18,499 nucleotides of DNA from Promethearchaeota archaeon. Its GTDB lineage: Archaea > Asgardarchaeota > Lokiarchaeia > Sigyniarchaeales > SOKP01. Made by a program: the position numbers and the translations under genes. The notes under the pieces were generated by a model. That model made no database searches. It was given only the letters and a program-made list of their open reading frames with translations, and was not told the DNA's origin. The stretch lies in contig JBHLMP010000026.1 of the NCBI GenBank assembly GCA_048938025.1, positions 1 to 18,499 of the forward strand, in the 5' to 3' direction. Below are positions 7,066-15,569 of this stretch, one piece after another; the first letter of the stretch is position 1, and each line of letters starts with the position of its first letter.

Positions 7066-8168
7066 TGCCAATTGGATTAGTAGTTATGAGATGGGATGAA
7101 AGAGTTGGTACTGAAATATTGGCAAAATATCCACCAGAAATAAACGTAACTGATAAAACACTTATGCAAGTATATAGCACACATGAATATAGCGGAGAGT
7201 CAGGAATGATTAGTTTAATGATTGGTTCATTAAATATCGCATCATACTACACTGGTCCTGAAAGGGGCTTTTACATTTTATTACTTTTGAATATAGATGA
7301 TGATCCTGATGCCTATGAAGGCGGATTAGCTGACACTTCTAGGATAATTTTACAAAATCTTGAGGATGATTCATATTTACAATTGATTCCATCACTTTTT
7401 CGAAGGCTATCTGTTTATCCTACACTTAATAACGAACAACGATTAGCTATGACATATCAAGACGAAATTAAACGTATGATTGTTAATCGTCTTAGAGATG
7501 AAGGTGTTGTTTCGAAATCTGAATTAATGGTTTGGTTAAAAGATAGGTATAAACAAGGTTTTGTTGATCTAGAAGGAGTTTTAATCGAACTAATTAAACG
7601 GGAAATCATTAAAGAGGCTTCAGTAAAAGGAATGCCATCTGAATTAATATTTCTCACCAATGATATTTTGATGATGCGAGTTCCACCGGTTAAACTTCTC
7701 ACTGATCCTGCTGATCGTGGATTACCCTCTCAACTTGTTAGCGATTACAGAACAGAGTCTAAAAAATATTTCCAAAATTACCGCCCAACCGAAGAAGATA
7801 ATCTCAGAATCATTGACGTCATAATAAATCCACAGGTTTATGAAACAATGCGTTTATTAAGAACTGCAATTGTTACTAAGAACGATCTAGAGAAACTCAA
7901 AAAGAAAGGCGTTGATGATGTTGATGAGGTGTTAAAGATGTTATGGGATAATCAAATGATCCAAGTCTTCCAAGATGAGCGTAATAACGAGTATTATGCC
8001 CTTATAACTGATTTCTATTTGGACCTTATCTTTCCGAAATATCTTCTTAACATCATAAAAACAGAATACGAACAAAAATCAAAAGCAGATCAAGTATTAG
8101 TTGAGTACCTTACTGTTCTTGAGAATGCTTATACTAATTTAAAAGCAGCTATGAAATCGAAAGAGTAA
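7065..8168 (+). CDS. Conserved-looking Asgard-type protein: predicted longin/uDENN-like N-domain plus two predicted winged-helix domains
   Basis: MPIGLVVMRWDERVGTEILAKYP resembles the uDENN/NPR2 beta1-G-beta2-P start; b-b-a-b-b-b-a pattern over about 115 aa; two wHTH-like blocks (IKRMIVNRLRDEGVVSKSEL..LEGVLIELIKREII and VYETMRLLRTAIVTKNDL..VDEVLKMLWDNQMIQV). The gene is certain, the domain call is inferred. Confidence 0.7.
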   Translation: MPIGLVVMRWDERVGTEILAKYPPEINVTDKTLMQVYSTHEYSGESGMISLMIGSLNIASYYTGPERGFYILLLLNIDDDPDAYEGGLADTSRIILQNLEDDSYLQLIPSLFRRLSVYPTLNNEQRLAMTYQDEIKRMIVNRLRDEGVVSKSELMVWLKDRYKQGFVDLEGVLIELIKREIIKEASVKGMPSELIFLTNDILMMRVPPVKLLTDPADRGLPSQLVSDYRTESKKYFQNYRPTEEDNLRIIDVIINPQVYETMRLLRTAIVTKNDLEKLKKKGVDDVDEVLKMLWDNQMIQVFQDERNNEYYALITDFYLDLIFPKYLLNIIKTEYEQKSKADQVLVEYLTVLENAYTNLKAAMKSKE

Positions 8169-8184
8169 ATTTTTAATAATTAAG

Positions 8185-8203
8185 TTTTTTTATTTTTTTT
8201 TTT
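8185..8203 (+). terminator. Archaeal oligo-T terminator of the 2764-8168 operon
   Basis: T7-A-T11 tract starting 17 nt after the stop at 8168. Confidence 0.6.
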
Positions 8204-8299
8204 GTCTCATTCTATTGTTTCTTGTTTTATTCAAAACATTTTTCTACTTTTCAAGATTCTTTGACTTGATTAAAATTAAAAATATGATGTGAGAAAAAG

Positions 8300-9619
8300 T
8301 TGGACTCAACAGATCAATATTGGGAAACTCCCGAAGCATTGATGGATGGTATTGATTTAGAAAAATATATTATTGCATCATACATTGTCAAACGTCCTCG
8401 TGGAATGAATGTAAATTATTTGGCTCGTTTTGCCGCGATTGAACAATCGACTGGGACCTGGATTCGTGTGCCTGCTGAGACTGCCGAAGTAAGGAAGCAT
8501 CATGTAGCCCGAGTTCTCGGAGTCTATGAGCTTCCTATGTATGAATTCGTATTGCCCCCAAAAGATGAATTAAGGGAGAGAATATATTTTATGCAAGTCG
8601 GATTTCCAATTGTGAATATTAAAAATTTAGGCATTCCAATGTTGTTTACTACAGTTATTGGAAATATTAGCATCACACATGGCTTGAAGCTAGTAGATCT
8701 TTCATTTCCTAAAGCATGGTTAGAAGATTTTAAAGGTCCTAAGTTTGGGATTGATGGGATTCGAAAGCTTATGAACGTACCAGAACGCCCTCTTTTGAAT
8801 AATATGGTTAAACCCTGTACTGGGCATACTTGTGACGTCGCAGCAGATTTAGTTTACCAAGCGGCTGTAGGAGGTTGTGATGTAGTGAAGGATGATGAGT
8901 TAATATCTGATCCTTCCTTCAATACTTTAGAAGATAGAATAACGGCGGTAATGGAAGCTGTAGATCGAGCTGATTCTGAGAAAGGAGAAAAGACATTATA
9001 TACAATTAATGTTACTTCTAAATTCCCAGATATGTTTGAAAAGGCTGATAAGATGATAGAATTAGGAGCAAATGCGTTAATGATAAACTACATAGCTACG
9101 GGGTATGAGGCTCTTAGACAGCTTGCCGAAGATCCTTCAATTAAAGTGCCGATTCTTGGTCATATGGATTTCGGTGGTTGTATGTTTGGTGGAGAATGGA
9201 CAGGGATGACCAGTATGTTAACGTTTGGCAAATTACCACGAATTTGTGGGGCTGATAGCGTTGTAATTCCGGCACCTTATGGTAAAGCTGAGATAATAGA
9301 AGAACGATACGAGCAAAACCTCAAGGCTTTACGATATCCATTTCAACATATTAAACCTACATTACCTATGCCAAGTGGAGGGATAACGCCAGGCATGGTG
9401 GAAAAAACCATAAAAGAGGCAGGTAAAGATATCCTTATTGGAAGTGGTGGAGGAATTCATAGCCATCCTGATGGCCCAATAGCAGGAGCTAAAGCGTTCA
9501 GACAAGCGATAGATGCAGTAATGCAAGGAAAGAATGTAAGAGATGTGGCAAAGGAGAAAAAAGAATTGGGAATAGCTCTTGGTGTATGGGGTAGCGGAAA
9601 AACCCAATTAGTAGAATAA
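8300..9619 (+). CDS. RuBisCO-like protein (form IV RLP)
   Basis: AIEQSTGTW, FKGPKFGIDGIR, KPCTG, GGCDVVKDDE (carbamylated-Lys/Mg motif), PMPSGG, GGGIHSHPDG. Carboxylase-specific residues are altered (KPC rather than KPK; GHMDFGG rather than HRAMH). TTG start. Confidence 0.93.
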   Translation: MDSTDQYWETPEALMDGIDLEKYIIASYIVKRPRGMNVNYLARFAAIEQSTGTWIRVPAETAEVRKHHVARVLGVYELPMYEFVLPPKDELRERIYFMQVGFPIVNIKNLGIPMLFTTVIGNISITHGLKLVDLSFPKAWLEDFKGPKFGIDGIRKLMNVPERPLLNNMVKPCTGHTCDVAADLVYQAAVGGCDVVKDDELISDPSFNTLEDRITAVMEAVDRADSEKGEKTLYTINVTSKFPDMFEKADKMIELGANALMINYIATGYEALRQLAEDPSIKVPILGHMDFGGCMFGGEWTGMTSMLTFGKLPRICGADSVVIPAPYGKAEIIEERYEQNLKALRYPFQHIKPTLPMPSGGITPGMVEKTIKEAGKDILIGSGGGIHSHPDGPIAGAKAFRQAIDAVMQGKNVRDVAKEKKELGIALGVWGSGKTQLVE

Positions 9620-9631
9620 CTAATTTATTAA

Positions 9632-9639
9632 TTTTTTTT
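9632..9639 (+). terminator. Putative oligo-T terminator after the RLP gene
   Basis: T8 tract starting 13 nt after the stop codon. Confidence 0.4.
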
Positions 9640-9762
9640 CATATAGTACCTTCTTTTGAGTAATTTACAGAAATAATTATTATTTAAGGAATAAGCGATG
9701 CAATTAAAAATTACCGATCATATCCTAATCATAACATTCTAAGCATAATATTTTGAAGGAGT

Positions 9763-10686
9763 ATGTTAGAAGAAGCAGGGCTTAAACTAAAAAAAATTAA
9801 GTGCCCTATGTGTGGCAAAAAATTTGTTCCGAAATCTTTTCATCGTGAAAAGGTGAAATATGAATTTGGGGGTACAATTTATAGGATAAAAATACCAAAA
9901 TTTAAAAATTCAAATGAAAATGGTCGTCCTTATAATATAGTTCGTCGATCTTGGGTAACTTTTTGCCCTAAATGTAAATATATTATTAAATTTGCTGCAG
10001 AGGTTGGTAAAAAAGAATCGCTAGCAGAATTCAGCTCCTTCCTACACTTAAAGGAATTCAAAGAAAATGGTAATATCTACGAATATAATTTTTATAATTT
10101 TGAAAAACCTTATAAGGAAACTTTATACTACAATAAAATATTAGTGGAGGGATTGCGAAATAGTATTTTGAATACTCTTAAAGACTTAAGATTAGAACAC
10201 TGGGGAAAGTTATATAAGATGTGGAGGATTGAAAACGTTATCGACTCATTCAAGTTTCTAATTAGATTTTTTTCGCTTATATTGAAACATTTCGAAATTC
10301 CAAACATTAAAATTAGCAATGCAAAGTATTCTGAACAGATTAAAAACTTAGACATATCAGAAGATCTAAAGAAGGATTTACTAGAAATAGAAAAACTTAG
10401 AAAGAAAGTAATTTATGAATATTACGATTTAAATAAAGTGGATGAGAATTTTATTCAAAATATATTTTTTAATTTAACGTTCGACCTTATATTTAAAAAG
10501 TTAGAACCGATGGGATTAAATAGCATTTATAATAAAAAAGAATCCGAAATAATAGACAACGAGATTTTATATTCAGAATTAAAAAAAATATTTGGCAACT
10601 ATTTAGATGAGCAATTAGGATTAGGAGAATATGCTAATGAATTTGTAATTTCTTTATTCAAGAAGTTAAATATAACTCTAGCTTAA
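9763..10686 (+). CDS. Hypothetical protein with N-terminal split Zn-ribbon and helical, possibly HEPN-like, C-terminal domain
   Basis: CPMC and CPKC pairs 50 aa apart; GAAGGAG just upstream of the ATG; C-terminal ISEDLKKDLLEIEKLRKKVIYEYYDL resembles a degenerate HEPN Rx4H helix. Confidence 0.7.
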   Translation: MLEEAGLKLKKIKCPMCGKKFVPKSFHREKVKYEFGGTIYRIKIPKFKNSNENGRPYNIVRRSWVTFCPKCKYIIKFAAEVGKKESLAEFSSFLHLKEFKENGNIYEYNFYNFEKPYKETLYYNKILVEGLRNSILNTLKDLRLEHWGKLYKMWRIENVIDSFKFLIRFFSLILKHFEIPNIKISNAKYSEQIKNLDISEDLKKDLLEIEKLRKKVIYEYYDLNKVDENFIQNIFFNLTFDLIFKKLEPMGLNSIYNKKESEIIDNEILYSELKKIFGNYLDEQLGLGEYANEFVISLFKKLNITLA

Positions 10687-10743
10687 AAAGTATTGTTAAA
10701 AAACCATCTCTATTTGATGAAAAAGATAGCAGATGAATAAAAC

Positions 10744-11712
10744 TCATTTTATTTTAATATAAGAATCATTTAGAATAACTCTTATTTTTGAATTAAACTC
10801 AACAATTCTGATATTTTTAGCTAGTTCATTGCCTCTTAAATCCAAATATTCTAGAGATGGTAAGGATTTTAAATAATTAATATTCTCTAAATCAGTAATG
10901 TTATTGTTTGTTAGTATGACGTTTTTTAATTTTACAAATTGGCTCAATTTTTTAATATTTTTAATTTGATTATTTGAAAGATCTATTTTTTCTAAATTGT
11001 TTAAGTTGAATAAACCAATTATCTCAGAAAGCTTTTTTATATTATTTTTCCAACCCCATGGAGTCCCTTTTACTTCATATTCCATGTAATCTGATAAATC
11101 TAATTCCTTTATTAAAGCAGTTTTGGGATCCAATTCATAATATACATTTGGAAACTGTTTTATCAAATTTCGAATTGTCAAGTAATTAATCAAGATTTCT
11201 CCCAATTCTTTATTAGAGACCTCGTTAAACTGTCTTTCTTTAAATACTCCTTTTAGAGTTTTTTTAAATTTTTTATTTTGAATGGCTTTATCTTTATTCA
11301 GATATTTGATTTTTCTAATTTTTTTTAGTTGATCAATTAAAATTGTTTTAGCTTCTTTATTATTAATTTTTTTTAACGTTTTGATTATTGTTATTAAGCA
11401 TTCATAATTCGATTCATGCTTAATGGCCCATTTTAAAGGAATTAGTGCTTTTTCATTAGTAAATTTCTTTTCTATAATTTTTGCGGCAGCATTTCTAATG
11501 TTTCCATTTGAATCAGAAATTAATGCATTTTCCAAGATAGAAAAGGTTTGCCCATCAAATATTCCAATTTTTTCCAAACTTTCAATGGATTCTACTCTAA
11601 CATTTTCATTTTCACTATTTTCAATTAATGAAATAAGGAGATTAAATGCTGTATGTTTATCTAAGTTATGATTCTCAAATTCCTCGCAAATCTTTTCGGG
11701 GTTTAAAGTCAT
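10744..11712 (-). CDS. HEAT-repeat plus leucine-rich-repeat protein
   Basis: HEAT-like units (ENENVRVESIESLEKIG; DSNGNIRNAAAKII) and SDS22-like LRRs (LEKIDLSNNQIKNI, LKNVILTNNNITDL, LEYLDLRGNEL). Confidence 0.85.
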   Translation of the reverse strand: MTLNPEKICEEFENHNLDKHTAFNLLISLIENSENENVRVESIESLEKIGIFDGQTFSILENALISDSNGNIRNAAAKIIEKKFTNEKALIPLKWAIKHESNYECLITIIKTLKKINNKEAKTILIDQLKKIRKIKYLNKDKAIQNKKFKKTLKGVFKERQFNEVSNKELGEILINYLTIRNLIKQFPNVYYELDPKTALIKELDLSDYMEYEVKGTPWGWKNNIKKLSEIIGLFNLNNLEKIDLSNNQIKNIKKLSQFVKLKNVILTNNNITDLENINYLKSLPSLEYLDLRGNELAKNIRIVEFNSKIRVILNDSYIKIK

Positions 11713-11736
11713 GCTAATTTTTATATAAAACTCATT

Positions 11737-14196
11737 TTATATAATTTTAATGTCTAAAGAGATTCTATCTTTAAATTTAACAAATAATTTCCATATATTA
11801 TTTACTGGATCAAGGTTGGAATAGTTAAAATTATATTTTTCAATTTTTTTATTTTTTGGAAGTTTAAGAATAAGAAATCCTTCTCTAATCCCTATTAACT
11901 CAATTTCAATATTTAGTTCATTAGATTCAACTTTATACTCATAGCTTTTTATTTCACAACATCCTTGAGTAATATGTAGGTTTGTAGAGAGCAAGAGTGG
12001 TAAATTATAGAATTTTCTATTTACTGGAATTAAATTCAGGTATTTACACGCATGAGGGTAAATTCTTTCTAACTTTAAAGAATCATGAATTTTATATTCC
12101 CCTAAATATTTATGGTCCCAAAAATCATAAATATAGAATTTTTCCAGATTATTAGGATGATTTGGAATCATCTCAGATATTTTTAATTCTCTTGAAATTG
12201 AATGATCTTCCCAATTAATAATCGCAACTAAATATCTTTTTCCAATAATTTCATTGGTTTCAAGCATATAGATAGAAGGCAATTCTGAAGTGAATGCATC
12301 AATTACAATAGTATCATATTCATTTGAGTTATAAGGAGGGATAAGCAATTTTGCATCATTGATTTCATCATTAGTGAGTTTAGTCATATCATCTGAAATT
12401 AAGATTTGTCCTCCAGATAATCCAAAGATAGTTATTTGCAATTTTATTTCTTCATTTGTTAATCCTGTATCAGTTCTTCTAATCATCAAGCAATCAGGAT
12501 CATTGATCCAAAAATATTTATGCATAAAAGAACGATAGAGGATATTAAGTAATGCTTCCATTAAACCTGGTTGAGGTACACCTACTTCAATTTCATAATT
12601 AGCTCTCCATTGAGGAGCAGTATCTTCACTTATTCTCATAGCATCTACTAACCCAATACATGGTCCAAGTGGAGCACCACAGCCCAAGAGAAAAGAGTCA
12701 TTAGTAATAGCATCTCTTATCGTTTTTAGGCCATTATAATATAATTGGGCCCTAGTTAACGTTTTATCTTGATAATCTGCATGAAAAGGAACCGCAGCAT
12801 GAAGAAAATCGATTTTAAAAAACTCTATCATTGGAAGTTCAGATTTAGAGTAAATAAATAAAAGATTTTTAAAAAAATCGTTTAAGTAATTAAGTACTTC
12901 TTTATTTGATAGATCTAAACCGTATTGGGATGTATTCCAATTAAAACATACTCTTAATAGTTTATTTGACTTTTTAAGAAACCAATCTCGATGATCTTTA
13001 AATAAGTTAGATTTTTTTACAGCAAAAAAGGGTGCAGTCCATATACCACCTTTAAATCCAGACTTCTTTATTTGATCAAATAACCAGCTTAAACCCTCTG
13101 GGAACTTATCGTTGATATGACTGTAATCTCCTATTTTAGTAAAGTATCCATCGTCTAATTGGATAAAATCAATAGGTATATTTTCTCTATTTTTTTTAAA
13201 AAAATTCAAGTTTTTAATCATTTCTTCTTGGTTGATATTAGTAAAATAATAATACCAACTACACCATCCAGTTGGAATTTTACTTATTCTTTTTTCTTTG
13301 ATCAAGGTTTTAACAATTTTAGCATAATCAGTTAAACCATAGTAGCCAAGATTTTTTGTTTTAAGGCATATAAAAAGTTCTTCTGAAGAATCAATGGACG
13401 ATTTTTGCATTTCAATACCATCCATGCACCCAAAAGCTGTAAGTAATTTAATTTCATCAGAATTTTCATAATCTAATATTATTCTGGTAAATTGATCCTT
13501 AAAAGATACAAAACTTAAAATTAAGGTATTAGTTGATTGTAAATCTGTGATAGCTGTACAGAATTCACTGTAAAATCTCCCTTCGATTTTATAATCTTGA
13601 TTATCATACATTAAATTAAACAATTCTGTTGATAGCCCTTTATTGTCTTTTTTATTACCAAAAAATATTCTACAAGGGCTCCAACTCTGAAACCCGTTCT
13701 TAAACCAAGTTAAATTATCTAGATTAGTTGGAGTATCACTCCCCGACAGCCACAACTTACTATTTTTAATAGTTAGTGGAGCTAAACTATGTACTGCTAA
13801 CGGATTTTTAGTTTTATCGTTAATATCTATTAATTTAATTAAAATAAATTGCTTATTATTATAAATTTTAAACTGGATTTTATAAAATATTTCTTGTTCT
13901 TTATTATTATATGAAATAAAAATAATCTTCATACCTATTCCTATTGAATCGGTAACTTTTTCAACTTTACTATTAAAATTATATTTTGTAGAACTAGATT
14001 CTATTAAATTATTATTAATATCCTTATGAAAATTCAATGATGAATAACAATTTTTAAGGCAACACTTATTTCCATTATCTAAATCAAAATAGATTGAATA
14101 AGTTCCTCGATTCTGTCCATTTTTATAAAATTTAAAGCCAACAATACCATTATCAACCTCAAATATATCATCATTGTTTTGAATTATATTTAGCAA
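11737..14196 (-). CDS. Alpha-galactosidase, glycoside hydrolase family 36 (clan GH-D)
   Basis: PTGWCSWYYYF, FIQLDDGY, GIWTAPF, FFKIDFL (nucleophile Asp), AMRISEDT (acid/base Asp), WINDPDCL; no signal peptide; TTG start with AGGGG upstream. Confidence 0.9.
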   Translation of the reverse strand: MLNIIQNNDDIFEVDNGIVGFKFYKNGQNRGTYSIYFDLDNGNKCCLKNCYSSLNFHKDINNNLIESSSTKYNFNSKVEKVTDSIGIGMKIIFISYNNKEQEIFYKIQFKIYNNKQFILIKLIDINDKTKNPLAVHSLAPLTIKNSKLWLSGSDTPTNLDNLTWFKNGFQSWSPCRIFFGNKKDNKGLSTELFNLMYDNQDYKIEGRFYSEFCTAITDLQSTNTLILSFVSFKDQFTRIILDYENSDEIKLLTAFGCMDGIEMQKSSIDSSEELFICLKTKNLGYYGLTDYAKIVKTLIKEKRISKIPTGWCSWYYYFTNINQEEMIKNLNFFKKNRENIPIDFIQLDDGYFTKIGDYSHINDKFPEGLSWLFDQIKKSGFKGGIWTAPFFAVKKSNLFKDHRDWFLKKSNKLLRVCFNWNTSQYGLDLSNKEVLNYLNDFFKNLLFIYSKSELPMIEFFKIDFLHAAVPFHADYQDKTLTRAQLYYNGLKTIRDAITNDSFLLGCGAPLGPCIGLVDAMRISEDTAPQWRANYEIEVGVPQPGLMEALLNILYRSFMHKYFWINDPDCLMIRRTDTGLTNEEIKLQITIFGLSGGQILISDDMTKLTNDEINDAKLLIPPYNSNEYDTIVIDAFTSELPSIYMLETNEIIGKRYLVAIINWEDHSISRELKISEMIPNHPNNLEKFYIYDFWDHKYLGEYKIHDSLKLERIYPHACKYLNLIPVNRKFYNLPLLLSTNLHITQGCCEIKSYEYKVESNELNIEIELIGIREGFLILKLPKNKKIEKYNFNYSNLDPVNNIWKLFVKFKDRISLDIKII

Positions 14197-14345
14197 AATT
14201 AAATTCCCCTATCTCTAGAAACCTATATAATACTAGTCTTTAATTGTAATTCTAATAAATTATTTCTTGTTTTACTTACTATTAAATAGAGTCTGATTAA
14301 AAGGGTGATAAATTGCAAAGAGGTTATTTTAATTCGTCATTCAAT

Positions 14346-15548
14346 CTAATTGGCAAAACTAAAAGGAGGAAATTTTTTTCTCTTCGTAAAGTTCTCTTTC
14401 AATTTAGCCTTTAATTCATTAAATGGTTGTAGATTCCCTGAAAAGGATGTTTCTGTTAATGGATTTATGTTTTTATCTAATAATTCCTCAACTTTTTCAA
14501 CTTTTTCTAAATTACCTTCAGAAAGTAAATTTAAAAAATAATCATTTTGATATTTTCTAAAAGTAATAAATCGATATTTTTGAAAGCCTAATTTAACTGC
14601 AATCCAACGAGGGATAGCACCTGTATTTCCTTGAGTATTAGCGGCAATAGCTTCGATCCTGGCAGTAAGCATCGACTCTTTCATTTCTTTTTCTTCATTA
14701 GGATCTTCATAGTTTCCGGGGATTTCAATATTCAGCTTATCATCACCTAATAAAAGGGAAACAACACCAATGGACATAGAAGATAAGCCAAGATAATCAA
14801 TTCTGATTGTATCCTCTACATAACCAAGATCCTCATCTCCAAATACTTCTTGCAAATTAACGTACGCTTCTAAAATGGATTTCATTATAGGTCGAAAATC
14901 CTTCTCAAAAAATTCTTTCTCAGGTTCACTTAATTTATCAACGTCTCTTTCTCCAACTAAATCTTTAAAGTATTTTGCCATTTCTTCTAAAAGCCACTTT
15001 CCCTTTTTATCAGGAAATTTTCCATAAACTAAATATATAATGTTATGTTTCTCATAAAATTGACATTTCTCTTCTTCATTCTTTTCTTCAGATATTAGAA
15101 GCATTTTATCTAAATCTCCACCTAAAAAACCAGTGGCTATAAAATCTAAGTTATTTGTTAATTCTAAAAGATACTCATAGTTTTGATTACTACAATAAAG
15201 TGGAGTTCGCTCAACAGAAGTAACACCGAGTAACTTTACATATTCACCTTTGGTTAATTCAATTTTATCTTTCTCTATATCTATACTTATTGGTTTTTTT
15301 TCTTTAATTTTTACTTTATCTTTAAGTTTAGTAGATAGGGTTTCAGTCTTAGTTTCAAATTGTTTAGGTTTAGTCTTTATCTGATCATTTTCTGAAAGAT
15401 AATCATATAAATCAGTAAGAAATGTACCACAATTACGACACATTGAATCCTTGGGATAAGGTTTCACATGTCTATATCCACATTTCTTGCATACAATCTC
15501 ATCTTTTCTTTTATCTGAATGGAATAATAACTTTGGAATAAATATCAA
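14346..15548 (-). CDS. Hypothetical protein: N-terminal Zn-ribbon, Lys-rich linker, two possible longin/roadblock-like alpha/beta domains
   Basis: CKKCG..CRNCG; low-complexity K/T/E linker; two segments with a b-b-a-b-b-b-a hydrophobic pattern; TTG start 21 nt after the hisC stop. Confidence 0.6.
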   Translation of the reverse strand: MIFIPKLLFHSDKRKDEIVCKKCGYRHVKPYPKDSMCRNCGTFLTDLYDYLSENDQIKTKPKQFETKTETLSTKLKDKVKIKEKKPISIDIEKDKIELTKGEYVKLLGVTSVERTPLYCSNQNYEYLLELTNNLDFIATGFLGGDLDKMLLISEEKNEEEKCQFYEKHNIIYLVYGKFPDKKGKWLLEEMAKYFKDLVGERDVDKLSEPEKEFFEKDFRPIMKSILEAYVNLQEVFGDEDLGYVEDTIRIDYLGLSSMSIGVVSLLLGDDKLNIEIPGNYEDPNEEKEMKESMLTARIEAIAANTQGNTGAIPRWIAVKLGFQKYRFITFRKYQNDYFLNLLSEGNLEKVEKVEELLDKNINPLTETSFSGNLQPFNELKAKLKENFTKRKKFPPFSFAN

Positions 15549-15569
15549 CTCGCTTTGTGATTTTTAGAA

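Noticed and set aside
8300-9619. CO2-fixing form III RuBisCO
   Set aside because: Key carboxylase residues (Lys177, Arg295, His327 equivalents) are substituted, and no AMP phosphorylase or R15P isomerase is adjacent.
10690-10746. Selenocysteine readthrough of the TGA stop of the HEAT-LRR gene (likewise TGA at 16775)
   Set aside because: Readthrough gives only short featureless extensions, there is no redox motif, and no SECIS-like hairpin was seen.
7457-14541. Antisense ORFs 7457-7702, 9362-9607, 10128-10355, 11423-11671, 14350-14541
   Set aside because: All lie opposite well-supported genes and have typical antisense composition.
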